Below, piece by piece: positions 30,626-40,510 of a stretch of DNA of 64,000 nucleotides. Origin of the DNA: an uncultured Phocaeicola sp. (lineage in GTDB: Bacteria > Bacteroidota > Bacteroidia > Bacteroidales > Bacteroidaceae); the NCBI GenBank assembly GCA_944321015.1, contig CALUJS010000006.1, forward strand, positions 6,849 to 70,848, read 5' to 3'. Under the pieces are notes generated by a model that made no database searches, was not told the origin of the DNA, and saw nothing but the letters and a program-made list of their open reading frames with translations. Numbering within the stretch: position 1 is the first letter of the stretch; every line of letters starts with the position of its first letter. The translations under genes and the position numbers were made by a program.

Positions 30626-31972
30626 ATGGAAATAGAAAAAGACTTTATTCATCGAATCAGCGAACTCATCGAGCTAAAGGATTCGGCACAGTTGAAAGAA
30701 CTGCTCGCCGACTTGCATCCTGTTGACCTGGCTGAACTGTGCAACGAACTGGATACAGAAGAGGCACGTTTCATATTCCATCAGCTGGACAATGAAAAAG
30801 CTGCCGATGTGCTCGTCGAAATGGATGAGGACGCCCGCAAAAAATATCTGGACATACTTCCTTCGGAAACCATTGCCAAGCGCTTTGTCGATTACATGGA
30901 CTCCGATGATGCCGTAGACATCATTCGTGACATGGATGAAGACAAGCAAGAGGAAGTGCTTTCACATATTGAAGACATCGAGCAGGCCGGAGACATCGTA
31001 GACCTTCTGAAATATGACGAAGATACCGCCGGCGGTTTGATGGGTACCGAAATGGTAACCGTCAACGAAAATTGGAGTATGCCCGAGTGTCTTCGCGAAA
31101 TGCGCCAGCAGGCAGAAGAAATGGACGAAATCTATTACGTATATGTCATCGATGACGACGAACGCCTGCAAGGAGTATTCCCGTTGAAAAAAATGATTAC
31201 CAGTCCGTCCGTCTCAAAGGTTAAGCATGTGATGAAGAAAGATCCTGTTTCCGTGCATGTGGATACCCCGATAGAAGAAGTCGTGCAAATCATTGAGAAG
31301 TATGACCTGGTTGCCGTACCCGTGGTAGACAGCATCGGACGTCTGGTGGGACGTATCACCGTCGACGACGTCATGGACGAAGTGCGCGAACAGGCCGAAC
31401 GCGATTACCAATTGGCCTCCGGTCTTTCGCAAGACGTTGAAACGGACGACAACGTAATTCGCCAGACCAGCGCCCGTTTGCCGTGGTTGCTCATCGGCAT
31501 GATTGGCGGAATCTGCAATTCGGTCATCATGGGCAATTTTAACAATGTATTCAGCACCCATCCGGAAATGGCCCTCTACATCCCACTGATTGGAGGTACG
31601 GGAGGAAACGTGGGCACACAGTCGTCAGCATTGATTGTGCAAGGACTGGCCAATGGCTCTCTCGATGCCGGCAAAACCTTCAAGCAAATAGCGAAAGAAG
31701 CGGTAGTTTCTCTAATCAACGCGACAATTATCTCTATGCTGGTCTACATCTACAATTTCGTTCGTTTCGGCGCCACAAGCACAGTGACCTATTCTGTGTC
31801 CATCAGTTTGTTCTGTGTCGTTATGTTTGCTTCGATATTTGGCACATTGGTCCCTATGACGTTAGAGAAATTGAAAATTGATCCGGCCATCGCCACCGGA
31901 CCTTTTATAGCTATCACCAATGACATCATTGGTATGATGATATACATGGGAGTTACCGAATTATTGGCATAA
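30626..31972 (+). CDS. mgtE: Magnesium transporter MgtE
   Basis: 448 aa from MEIEKDF. It has an acidic N-domain, two CBS-like segments ('MVTVNENWSMPECL', 'VAVPVVDSIGRLVGRITVDDVMD') and a C-terminal 5-TM domain containing 'PLIGGTGGNVGTQS'. Confidence 0.9.
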   Translation: MEIEKDFIHRISELIELKDSAQLKELLADLHPVDLAELCNELDTEEARFIFHQLDNEKAADVLVEMDEDARKKYLDILPSETIAKRFVDYMDSDDAVDIIRDMDEDKQEEVLSHIEDIEQAGDIVDLLKYDEDTAGGLMGTEMVTVNENWSMPECLREMRQQAEEMDEIYYVYVIDDDERLQGVFPLKKMITSPSVSKVKHVMKKDPVSVHVDTPIEEVVQIIEKYDLVAVPVVDSIGRLVGRITVDDVMDEVREQAERDYQLASGLSQDVETDDNVIRQTSARLPWLLIGMIGGICNSVIMGNFNNVFSTHPEMALYIPLIGGTGGNVGTQSSALIVQGLANGSLDAGKTFKQIAKEAVVSLINATIISMLVYIYNFVRFGATSTVTYSVSISLFCVVMFASIFGTLVPMTLEKLKIDPAIATGPFIAITNDIIGMMIYMGVTELLA

Positions 31973-32081
31973 TCGATAAAAAACGCCGCATTTATTGTGA
32001 TATAAGAATTTTATTGCTTTAATTTGTAGTCTATAACATAACGGGAGATAATCTCCTTAATTAAAAAACGTTTTTTCAACA

Positions 32082-33929
32082 ATGACGGACTCTCTTAATA
32101 CCAATGCAACTCTGAATCCAGAGCAATTGGAAGAACACACAGAACAGACAATTTCAGAAGAAACTCCTCAAACAGAGACTTCAGAAACTGTCACGGGTAG
32201 CGAACAAACCATAACCAACGAGCCCAAACGTTCGAAAGCTGAAATTATCACCCGCTTAAACGAATTGGCACAAGACATTGAAAATATAAGTAAGGCAGAA
32301 CTCGATACGCTGAAACAGAATTTCTACAAACTGCACAATGCGGAGACAGAAGCTGCAAAAAAAGATTTCATTGATAACGGCGGCAATGAGAAAGACTTCG
32401 TCCCTACCCCCGATCCGGATGAAGAAGCCTACAAAGAAATCATGAAGGTTATCAAAGAAAAGCGCAGCGAACTGACAGCAGAACAAGAGCAGCTGAAGGA
32501 AGACAATCTGCAAAAGAAACTGGCTATAATTGAGCAATTGAAGGAACTGGTAGAAAGTCCTGATAATGCCAATAAGAATTATAGCACCTTTAAACAATTG
32601 CAACAGGAATGGAATGAAATCAAACCGGTACCGGCCAATAAGCTCAACGAATTAGGAAAAAGTTATCAGGTACAGGTCGAGAAATTTTACGACATCCTGA
32701 AACTCAACAATGAGTTCCGCGAATACGACTTTAAGAAGAATCTTGAAATAAAGACTCATTTATGTGAAGCCGCCGAACGCCTTGCCGACGAACCGGATGC
32801 AATCTCGGCGTTTCATCAGCTCCAAAAGCTCCATCAGGAGTTTCGTGATACGGGCCCCGTATCTAAAGAATTGCGTGAAAGCATTTGGGCGCGTTTCAAG
32901 GCGGCATCATCTGTGGTCAACCGCCGGCATCAGCAACATTACGAAAAAATCAAGGAAGAAGAACAACGCAATCTCGACCAGAAAACTGTAATCTGCGAAA
33001 TTGTGGAGGCTACAGAATACGACAAATTGAAAACATTCCTTGATTGGGAAAACAAAACAAAAGAAATCATTGCGCTGCAAGCCAAGTGGAAAACCATCGG
33101 GTTTGCTCCACAAAAAATGAACGTGAAAATATTCGAACGATTCCGTAGCGCATGTGATGACTTTTTCAAGCGAAAGGCTGAACATTTCAAGATGTTGAAA
33201 GAAGAACTCAACAACAATCTGGAACGGAAAAAAGCATTATGCGAACAGGCCGAAGCTTTAAAGGACAGCACCGATTGGAAGGTTACAGCTGAAAAATTGA
33301 CCAAACTGCAGAAGGAATGGAAAACCATTGGCCCCGTACAGAAGAAGCATTCTGACGTCATTTGGAAGCGTTTCATTTCTGCTTGCGACTATTTCTTTGA
33401 ACAAAAGAAAAAAGCGACCTCCTCACAGCATGTCGCCGAAACGGAAAACCTGAGCAAGAAGAGAAGTCTCATCAATAGGCTGAAAACGTTGAGCGAACAA
33501 CCGATTGATGAAAACACCGAAAAGGAAGTAAGAAACGCCATCAAAGAATGGAATGAGACCGGACATGTACCCTTCAAAGAGAAGGACAAAGTATACAAAG
33601 AATTTCACAAGCTGGTAGATTTGTTATTTGACAGTTTGAATCTGAGCGCAACTCAGCGCAAACTTTCCAATTTCAAATCGAATATCAAGGACTTGTCGGG
33701 TAAAGAGACCGGCAATCTTCTAAGAGAGCGGGAACGCTTAATACGCCAGTATGAAGCAAAAAAGAACGAAATCCAGACTTACGAAAACAATCTGGGATTC
33801 CTTACCACCTCATCGAAAAAGGGCAACAACCTGGTGAATGAAATCAACCGTAAAGTTGACCGCCTCAAAGCGGAATTAAAACTCTTGGAAGAACAAATCA
33901 ATCTGCTTGACAGTTCAATGGATGAATAA
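32082..33929 (+). CDS. DUF349 repeat protein
   Basis: 615 aa and highly charged. It carries repeated W/F-x-x-F-x-x-A-C-D-x-F-F modules: 'IWARFKAASSVVNRR', 'IFERFRSACDDFFKRK' and 'VIWKRFISACDYFFEQKK'. Confidence 0.75.
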   Translation: MTDSLNTNATLNPEQLEEHTEQTISEETPQTETSETVTGSEQTITNEPKRSKAEIITRLNELAQDIENISKAELDTLKQNFYKLHNAETEAAKKDFIDNGGNEKDFVPTPDPDEEAYKEIMKVIKEKRSELTAEQEQLKEDNLQKKLAIIEQLKELVESPDNANKNYSTFKQLQQEWNEIKPVPANKLNELGKSYQVQVEKFYDILKLNNEFREYDFKKNLEIKTHLCEAAERLADEPDAISAFHQLQKLHQEFRDTGPVSKELRESIWARFKAASSVVNRRHQQHYEKIKEEEQRNLDQKTVICEIVEATEYDKLKTFLDWENKTKEIIALQAKWKTIGFAPQKMNVKIFERFRSACDDFFKRKAEHFKMLKEELNNNLERKKALCEQAEALKDSTDWKVTAEKLTKLQKEWKTIGPVQKKHSDVIWKRFISACDYFFEQKKKATSSQHVAETENLSKKRSLINRLKTLSEQPIDENTEKEVRNAIKEWNETGHVPFKEKDKVYKEFHKLVDLLFDSLNLSATQRKLSNFKSNIKDLSGKETGNLLRERERLIRQYEAKKNEIQTYENNLGFLTTSSKKGNNLVNEINRKVDRLKAELKLLEEQINLLDSSMDE

Positions 33930-33946
33930 AGCCTGACATACACACC

Positions 33947-34151
33947 TTTAACCCAAATCGGTCATTAGACTTTAGGTAGATTGCTTGCTTATGTCTTGCA
34001 GATTGCCTTCCGCGTCGCCGAAGGCGTAGCGGGCTACGTCGAAGCGGCACGAAAGGCAAAATGCTGACAGAAGTGAGCAAGATGCCTAAAGAGCTTCATC
34101 CCCGGAGTAGTAATGTTCCTTATGCGGTCTAATGGCCGATTGGGGTTTAAA
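33947..34151. repeat. ~205-bp imperfect palindrome (MITE-like or structured-RNA element)
   Basis: The outer arms are tttaacccaaatcggtcattagac (33947-33970) and gtctaatggccgattggggtttaaa (34127-34151), with 2 mismatches in the core. The inner arms, 33970-34012 and 34050-34091, are about 70% complementary by my hand alignment. The right arm carries an extra ~35 nt. Confidence 0.7.
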
Positions 34152-34153
34152 CT

Positions 34154-34203
34154 CAATCCCTCTCATTTGTACACATGGACAAAAGAGAGGGATTGAAGTT
34201 TTT
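34154..34203 (+). terminator. Perfect 11-bp stem hairpin with T5 tail
   Basis: CAATCCCTCTC (34154-34164) pairs with GAGAGGGATTG (34185-34195), followed by AAGTTTTTA. It lies between the convergent DUF349 gene (+) and the 170-aa ORF (-), so it could serve either strand. Confidence 0.6.
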
Positions 34204-34228
34204 AAGCAACCACCTGTGTGCGGGAGCT

Positions 34229-34741
34229 TCATTTATTGGATGATGTCGGTGCGTCATCCCTTATATAGCTAGCAAAACCATACGAGTGATTTCCGCCAGA
34301 ACCGTTTGCTTTTGAGGAAGTCTTGCCTTGCTCGCGAAGCTTTCGTTGTCTTTCGTTGTCGCGTGCATATTCACGCAACGTTTTCCGCTCGCCCGGCTTG
34401 TAAAGCGAGCTTTCCAGCACCTCATAATCGAGCATGTTCCCTACCGGAGTAAGATGAGGCAATAGCTTTTGTTCCAAAAGCCCGCGAAACGCTCCTTCGT
34501 ACTCACAGCACACTTTCCCGTCGCTCTGAAAAATACGATAAGTAAAGTTCGACCACGCTGTGTGGATAATGATTTCTTTCGCCATAACCTCGGCTGTGGC
34601 CTCCAAATCATAAGCGAGGTCTTTAATCTTGATGATCTTCTTACCCGGCAGACACTGAATAGAGGTCGCCCAAAAATCCGAATTGGAGAGTTGCTCTACT
34701 ATATCGCTCAAACTCTCCCTAATTGTAAATTGTATTTTCAT
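34229..34741 (-). CDS. Hypothetical protein (170 aa), no recognisable domain
   Basis: It is the only long ORF in this interval and has a plausible composition, starting MKIQFTIRESLSDIVEQLSNSDFW. The C-terminal third is a basic, disordered-looking tail ('RQRKLREQGKTSSKANGSGGNHS'). Confidence 0.5.
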   Translation of the reverse strand: MKIQFTIRESLSDIVEQLSNSDFWATSIQCLPGKKIIKIKDLAYDLEATAEVMAKEIIIHTAWSNFTYRIFQSDGKVCCEYEGAFRGLLEQKLLPHLTPVGNMLDYEVLESSLYKPGERKTLREYARDNERQRKLREQGKTSSKANGSGGNHSYGFASYIRDDAPTSSNK

Positions 34742-34950
34742 GGCAGCTGCCTTTTTGCAAGGACTTTATTACAACATTATACATATCTCTACTGCGAAGT
34801 TAGAAAAAGAAACAATATGTTCACAAGCATATTATTCTTTTTTAACAGGATAATTTTCCATGCATATCCTCCAGAGAATAAAATGCCGGAAGTGTATTGC
34901 CGATGAAACATCACAGCAACACAGATTGCGGGAATAATACAATTAGAACG

Positions 34951-36198
34951 TTATTCGAAACGAATCGACTTCGCGGGATGAATACGCGATATGAGGTATG
35001 ACGGACCTACTAGCATCAGCACCGAAACAATCAACGTCCCCACATTCAGCAACAGCCACAGTCCGACATTGACGTGGATAGGCACCGAGTCGAGATAATA
35101 GTTTACCGGATCGAGCTTTATCAAGTGAAAATGCTTTTGCAACAGGCAGAATAGCAATGCCAGCACATTGCCCCATAACATTCCTTTTCCGATGATGAAC
35201 ACAGAGAAATAAAGAAACACCTCGCGTATAGTCCGATTGCCGGCCCCCAACGCTTTGAGTATGCCAATCATATTGGTGCGTTCCAGAATAATGATCAGCA
35301 ATCCCGATATCATGGTGAAACCCGCGACGCCCAGCATCAACACCAAAATGACCCATACGTTGACATCCAGCACGTCAAGCCATGCAAACAATTGGGGATT
35401 CAAGTCTTCTATTGTCTGCGCAAAATAGGTGTTACCGTATGAATCGACCAGGGTATCAACCACGCGGGATACGGCGTAACGCATATCATCCAGACGAGCG
35501 TAATCGTCTACCGACACTTCGATGCCGCTCACCTGGTCGTCTTTCCATCCGTTCAAACGGTTCACGGTATAGATGTCGCCTATGAGAAACAGGCGATCGT
35601 ACTCTGAAAAGTTGGTAGCATATATGCCTGCCACCTCCAATCGGCGGGCACGGACATTGTCCTGAACATAATATGTATACAAGTTATCTCCCAAACGGAG
35701 ATGAAGTTTGTCGGCCAGCAGGCGCGACACAAGCACCTTGCCCGAAGCAACACTGTCGGAGAAAGCCGGAATCTCGCCTTCGACCAGATAGTGACGGTAA
35801 AAATCCAAAGCGTAGTCCTGCCCTACTCCTTTCAACACCATGCCCTGAAAGGCACTGTCCGTTTTGATAATGCCGGGTTTGGTAGAAAAACGTTGTACAC
35901 GGGTAACCCCCGGCACCCGGCGGAGCTCGTCCAACAGGCTGTCGCCTGCCGCAATGGGAAACGTTTCGTATGACTGCGTGCCACGAAAGTTGCTAATCTG
36001 AATATGACTGCCAAAACCGATGACCTTTGCGCGTACTTCGTCCTTAAAACCAATAACCACGCACACCGAAACGAGCATGATGGCCAACCCCAATGCCATG
36101 CCGGCCATGGCGATACGGATAGCCGGACGAGCCACCTGTCGACGCCCTTCGCTGCCGGAATACATGCGGCGTGCCAAAAAGAACTTATAATCCATCAT
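34951..36198 (-). CDS. LolC/LolE-type (FtsX-fold) ABC transporter permease
   Basis: 415 aa with an N-terminal TM segment, a large periplasmic MacB-like domain and a C-terminal FtsX 3-TM bundle ('ILKALGAGNRTIREVFLY'). Confidence 0.8.
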   Translation of the reverse strand: MMDYKFFLARRMYSGSEGRRQVARPAIRIAMAGMALGLAIMLVSVCVVIGFKDEVRAKVIGFGSHIQISNFRGTQSYETFPIAAGDSLLDELRRVPGVTRVQRFSTKPGIIKTDSAFQGMVLKGVGQDYALDFYRHYLVEGEIPAFSDSVASGKVLVSRLLADKLHLRLGDNLYTYYVQDNVRARRLEVAGIYATNFSEYDRLFLIGDIYTVNRLNGWKDDQVSGIEVSVDDYARLDDMRYAVSRVVDTLVDSYGNTYFAQTIEDLNPQLFAWLDVLDVNVWVILVLMLGVAGFTMISGLLIIILERTNMIGILKALGAGNRTIREVFLYFSVFIIGKGMLWGNVLALLFCLLQKHFHLIKLDPVNYYLDSVPIHVNVGLWLLLNVGTLIVSVLMLVGPSYLISRIHPAKSIRFE

Positions 36199-36213
36199 GC
36201 CCGCTTTGCAATT

Positions 36214-37419
36214 TTAAGGAACAAGGGTACGCCCGGGATAAGCCTCCAAGGCCTTGCGCAACACAAATAGCGCCCGCACCAAATCTTCTTTCTTCAACAC
36301 ATAGGCTATGCGCACCTCATCGTGTCCGGCTCCGGGGGTGGTATAGAAGCCCGATGCGGGTGCCAGCATCACCGTCTCACGCTCATACTCGAAATCACTC
36401 AAGCACCATGCGCAAAAACGCTCGCTGTCGTCCACCGGCAGGCGCGCCACGGTGTAAAATGCTCCCATCGGTATGGGCGAATATACGCCGGGAATACGGT
36501 TCAGCCCGTCAATCAGGCACTTCCTCCGTTCCACATATTCATCATAAGTGTCACGCAAATAATCGCCGGGAGTATCCAGCGATGCTTCGGCCGCAATCTG
36601 TCCTATCAGCGGGGGGCTGAGCCGTGCCTGACAGAACTTCATCACGGCCTGTCTCACCTCCGGATTTTTTGTGATTAAAGCCCCGATACGAATGCCACAC
36701 TCCGAATAACGTTTGGACACGGAATCGATGAGCACGACATTCTGCTCAATCCCCTCCAGATGACAGGCCGAAATATAGGGAGAACCGGTATAGATGAATT
36801 CACGATAGACCTCGTCGGAAAAAAGATAAAGGTCATACTTCTTCACCAAATCACGTATCTGATTCATCTCCCGGCGTGTATACAAGTATCCCGTGGGATT
36901 ATTGGGATTGCATATCAGAATGGCTTTCGTGCGTTCATTAATCAGTTCCTCAAATTTTTCCACCTTGGGGAGCGCAAATCCTTCATCAATGGTGGTCGTA
37001 ACGGTGCGAATAACAGCTCCGGCCGATATGGCAAAAGCCATATAATTGGCATACGCAGGTTCGGGCACGATGATTTCATCGCCCGGATTCAGACAGGACA
37101 GAAAAGCAAAAAGCACGGCCTCGGAACCACCCGTCGTTATAATGATGTCATCAGCATCCAAATGAATGTCATAACGGCGATAATAGCCGGTGAGCTTTTC
37201 ACGATAGGAGCGATAACCCTGACTCGGACTATACTCCAAAATCCTGCGGTCAATGTTCCGTATGGCGTCCAAGGCCACTTGGGGAGTGGGCAAATCCGGC
37301 TGACCGATGTTCAAATGATACACGTGCGTACCGCGCTGCTTCGCAGCCTCTGCCAGCGGAGCCAGTTTGCGTATGGGTGATGAAGGCATCTCAGTGCCTC
37401 GTACTGATATTTGTGGCAT
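36214..37419 (-). CDS. Class I pyridoxal-phosphate-dependent aminotransferase (aspartate aminotransferase-like)
   Basis: The conserved start MPQISVRGTEMPSSPIRKLA is at the internal ATG 37419; the track ORF begins at 37569. It has the PLP-lysine motif 'SVSKRYSECGIRIG' and is 401 aa. It lies 15 bp upstream of the permease gene. Confidence 0.85.
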   Translation of the reverse strand: MPQISVRGTEMPSSPIRKLAPLAEAAKQRGTHVYHLNIGQPDLPTPQVALDAIRNIDRRILEYSPSQGYRSYREKLTGYYRRYDIHLDADDIIITTGGSEAVLFAFLSCLNPGDEIIVPEPAYANYMAFAISAGAVIRTVTTTIDEGFALPKVEKFEELINERTKAILICNPNNPTGYLYTRREMNQIRDLVKKYDLYLFSDEVYREFIYTGSPYISACHLEGIEQNVVLIDSVSKRYSECGIRIGALITKNPEVRQAVMKFCQARLSPPLIGQIAAEASLDTPGDYLRDTYDEYVERRKCLIDGLNRIPGVYSPIPMGAFYTVARLPVDDSERFCAWCLSDFEYERETVMLAPASGFYTTPGAGHDEVRIAYVLKKEDLVRALFVLRKALEAYPGRTLVP

Positions 37420-37511
37420 AAATTTAATATATGAATAAAGGTATAAATGTCCCTTGAAAACAAACATTCCCCCATTTGACCGGAAGACGCGTACAAAGAA
37501 CATAACGCTTG

Positions 37512-37543
37512 CAAAGATAGGAGCAAAACTACTATCGGGCAAA
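37512..37543 (-). promoter_or_regulatory. Bacteroides-type sigma-A promoter (-33 TTTG, N20, -7 TATCTTTG) for the aminotransferase-permease pair
   Basis: The minus strand reads TTTG (37543-37540), a 20-nt spacer, then TATCTTTG (37519-37512), an exact consensus match. The -7 box ends 92 nt upstream of ATG 37419. This supports the shorter start. Confidence 0.55.
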
Positions 37544-37619
37544 CAATGGCCCGGATTTATTCGTTTCAACTAACGTTTTGACGCTCCGTTACGGAGCAGC
37601 AGACTCATTCAATCACAAA

Positions 37620-37714
37620 ACCCAGAATATGGTTGGCCACATCTGTGCATATTGACAGCCGAGCGCGGGAATATGCACGCTAACGCCCGGACATATCACT
37701 CGTCGGCATGCGCC
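37620..37714. repeat. 22-bp-phased ATAT array, locus R3 (4 units), overlapping the 3' end of the GH25 gene
   Basis: ATAT cores at 37627, 37649, 37671 and 37693, exactly 22 bp apart. Units include atattgacagccgagcgcggga and atatgcacgctaacgcccggac. The last unit contains the GH25 stop codon (37696-37698). Confidence 0.8.
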
Positions 37715-38634
37715 TCGCCATTGTCATCCGGACGTATGGTGAAACGACGCAAAGAGTCCAAATCGCCATTGAACACATTCATATCCACCCGGCCACGTAT
37801 GCCCGGCAACCGGCCACGATCGGTATGCTGCCAGAAGGTCCAAGGCCCTTGATAAGTAAGCGAGTCCACATAATAATGGGCAATCCAGAAGGGATAAGCG
37901 TTCAAGGTATCATCGTTCAGATAGCGCTCCTTGAAACGGCGCGATGTGTAAAGTATCGGCTTAACGCCATAATGGCGCTCCACATGGCGAAGCCAGGTTT
38001 TAACCTCCAGTTGCAGGGAATCCAGCCCGTAGTTGCCTCGTGTCTCCACATCGAGCACCGGAGGTAAATCGTTGGCGTCCAGCTGCACCCGGCTGCAAAA
38101 GAATTTGGCCTGCTCCTCGGCCGGAGAAGTATTGCTAAAGAAATGGTAGGCACCACGAATAAAGCCATTCGCCCGCGCTTGGGCAAAATTGTACTGAAAG
38201 GCGGAATCGGCCCAATCGGAACCTTCCGTAGCCTTCATAAACACAAAATGTATGCCTGACCCCGTATGTTCGGCCCGGGCCAGACGCTTCCAGTCGATAT
38301 CGCCCTGGTGATGGGAAACATCAATGCCGTGCACAACCGGACTGCCAGCATAAGTATCGCCAAAATCCCAACGATAAAAATAGGGTTTCAGATAATATAC
38401 ATACATGAAACAGATGTAAGCAATGCCCAAAATGGCAGTCACTGTCCAGATAAGCCAGCGCGGAGTCTCCTTCCAACCAAACCGTGACGGTTTCTCTGCG
38501 GGAGCAGATGCAACACGTCTTTTCCCTTGCTTTTGCGCTGACCTTACCGACTCTTTGGATTTCGAGGAAGTTCTTGGTTTACGGGGTTTCCTCGTCGGCT
38601 TATCTGTCGTGTCTGTCGATTTCTTTCTTACCAT
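37696..38634 (-). CDS. GH25 family lysozyme (muramidase) with basic N-terminal tail and one TM segment
   Basis: 312 aa with the GH25 motif 'HGIDVSHHQGDIDWKRL'. The N-terminus is a K/R/S-rich ~60 aa stretch followed by the TM segment 'WLIWTVTAILGIAYICFMYVYY'. Confidence 0.85.
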   Translation of the reverse strand: MVRKKSTDTTDKPTRKPRKPRTSSKSKESVRSAQKQGKRRVASAPAEKPSRFGWKETPRWLIWTVTAILGIAYICFMYVYYLKPYFYRWDFGDTYAGSPVVHGIDVSHHQGDIDWKRLARAEHTGSGIHFVFMKATEGSDWADSAFQYNFAQARANGFIRGAYHFFSNTSPAEEQAKFFCSRVQLDANDLPPVLDVETRGNYGLDSLQLEVKTWLRHVERHYGVKPILYTSRRFKERYLNDDTLNAYPFWIAHYYVDSLTYQGPWTFWQHTDRGRLPGIRGRVDMNVFNGDLDSLRRFTIRPDDNGEAHADE

Positions 38635-38722
38635 TAACGGGGCATTTGTTTCTAAACAACGCAGGCTTTCACATGCATGTATGCAAAAGCCTGCGTCGTA
38701 CTCTCATTCGTTTATATCACTA

Positions 38723-40375
38723 TCATTCAGCCTTTTCCAGCTGTAAGGTCATGGTCGGTCTGTCGCACAACTCCGATGGGCCGAAATACTGTATCGGTCC
38801 CGGATAGACAAAAGCGGTGTTGCGCTCCCAACTTTCACGCAATGCAGCAAACTGTTTGAATGGCTTTCCTTCCAAATCCACCAATGCCTTTTTGATTACC
38901 GGATGATTCTTTCCACGGCGGCGTTCCACGTTCAGCATCATACTCAACGGCGCTCCACCGGCAATCCATTCGTCAGCCGGCGCCACCGTATTACGTACCG
39001 AAGCCATGTATCCGGATTTCCCGGCCATAATCAATTGCGCCGCAGCGCAACCAAGCGAATAACAATAGTCCGCATCATAGTTGGAGGGGAATCCGCATCG
39101 TCCTTCATATCCCAAGAAGTGATGTTGCGTGGCAAAATTGCCTTTATACTTTCCTTCCATTTTCCATTGAATCAGTTTCATGCCCACCATGGACGACAAC
39201 AAGACTTCCGTTTCAATGCGCGAAACACAAACATTCCCATGCGGGTCGCGATCAAGCGTCAACTGTTCGGCCACATTTTCGGGCAGACTGGCAAAAAGCG
39301 ATGCGTTTTCAGGAGAAAGCCTTGATATAACCCAGTCGCGTTGGTCGGACTCTCCGGGCACCAGTTCTTCGGAATTGTTGTCGGCCAATATGTCATTCAG
39401 TTCGGCAATCAGATTCTTCATGGCCGGAATGAATTCAATCAAACCTTCAGGAACAAGCACGGTTCCAAAGTCCAGCCCACGTTCTGCCCGGTCTGCCACA
39501 ACCTGGGCAATATGGGTCACAATGTTGTCCAAAGTCAGATTCTTGGCCGCCACTTCTTCGGATATGATGCAAACATTCGGATGAGTCTGCAATGCACATT
39601 CCAAAGCGATATGCGATGCCGAGCGTCCCATAAGCTTAATGAAGTGCCAATACTTACATGCCGAACTGCAGTCACGTTGGATGTTGCCGATAATCTCCGA
39701 ATAAATCTTACAAGCCGTATCAAATCCAAACGAAGTTTCTATCACTTCGTTCTTCAAATCGCCATCAATGGTTTTCGGACAACCGATTACTTGGATTCCG
39801 GCTCCCTTGGCCATGTAATATTCAGCCAATATGGCCGCATTGGTATTTGAGTCGTCTCCTCCAACAATTACCAGTGCTTTGATGTCCAACTTCTTCATGA
39901 TTTCCAAGCCTTTCTCAAACTGCTCTGTTCTCTCCAGCTTGGTTCTTCCGGTTCCGATGATGTCAAAGCCACCCGTGTTGCGATATTCGTCAATTAGCTC
40001 GGCCGTCAATTCTTTGTATTCGTGATTGACCAATCCGCCGGGCCCCAATATGAATCCATACAACCGACTGTTTGCGTTGCACCGCTTCAACCCGTCAAAC
40101 AAGCCGGAAATAACATTGTGTCCGCCCGGCGCAGGACCGCCTGACAATAAAATACCCACATTGATGGCCGGATAGGTTTTCTGCTCATGACTTTCTACAA
40201 AACGAAGAATGGGTAAGCCGTATGTATTAGGAAACAAGCTTTTCAGTTCTTCTTTGTTTGCCACCGGTTCTGTATTCCCGGTCTCCAATACTTCAACTGC
40301 GCCTCGCAGTGTCTTAGGCAACTTAGGTTGATAAGCTTTTCTCGCCAGTTGAAGTGCACTCTGTGTTTTAATCAT
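38723..40375 (-). CDS. pfp: Diphosphate--fructose-6-phosphate 1-phosphotransferase (PPi-dependent PFK)
   Basis: 550 aa. The motifs 'VIVGGDDSNT' and 'GCPKTIDGDLKN' carry the Asp and Lys substitutions that distinguish PPi-dependent from ATP-dependent PFKs. 'LMGRSASH' is also present. Confidence 0.9.
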   Translation of the reverse strand: MIKTQSALQLARKAYQPKLPKTLRGAVEVLETGNTEPVANKEELKSLFPNTYGLPILRFVESHEQKTYPAINVGILLSGGPAPGGHNVISGLFDGLKRCNANSRLYGFILGPGGLVNHEYKELTAELIDEYRNTGGFDIIGTGRTKLERTEQFEKGLEIMKKLDIKALVIVGGDDSNTNAAILAEYYMAKGAGIQVIGCPKTIDGDLKNEVIETSFGFDTACKIYSEIIGNIQRDCSSACKYWHFIKLMGRSASHIALECALQTHPNVCIISEEVAAKNLTLDNIVTHIAQVVADRAERGLDFGTVLVPEGLIEFIPAMKNLIAELNDILADNNSEELVPGESDQRDWVISRLSPENASLFASLPENVAEQLTLDRDPHGNVCVSRIETEVLLSSMVGMKLIQWKMEGKYKGNFATQHHFLGYEGRCGFPSNYDADYCYSLGCAAAQLIMAGKSGYMASVRNTVAPADEWIAGGAPLSMMLNVERRRGKNHPVIKKALVDLEGKPFKQFAALRESWERNTAFVYPGPIQYFGPSELCDRPTMTLQLEKAE

Positions 40376-40510
40376 GTTGTACTTTTTTGAAGGTCTATTA
40401 TTAACTTTCCTTATAATGCGGGCAAATTTCGGTGATTTCTCCGAGAAATAAAAATAAAATCCATATCTTTACCGAAAAAGATTACACATACTAACTTAAA
40501 ACGTACAATT

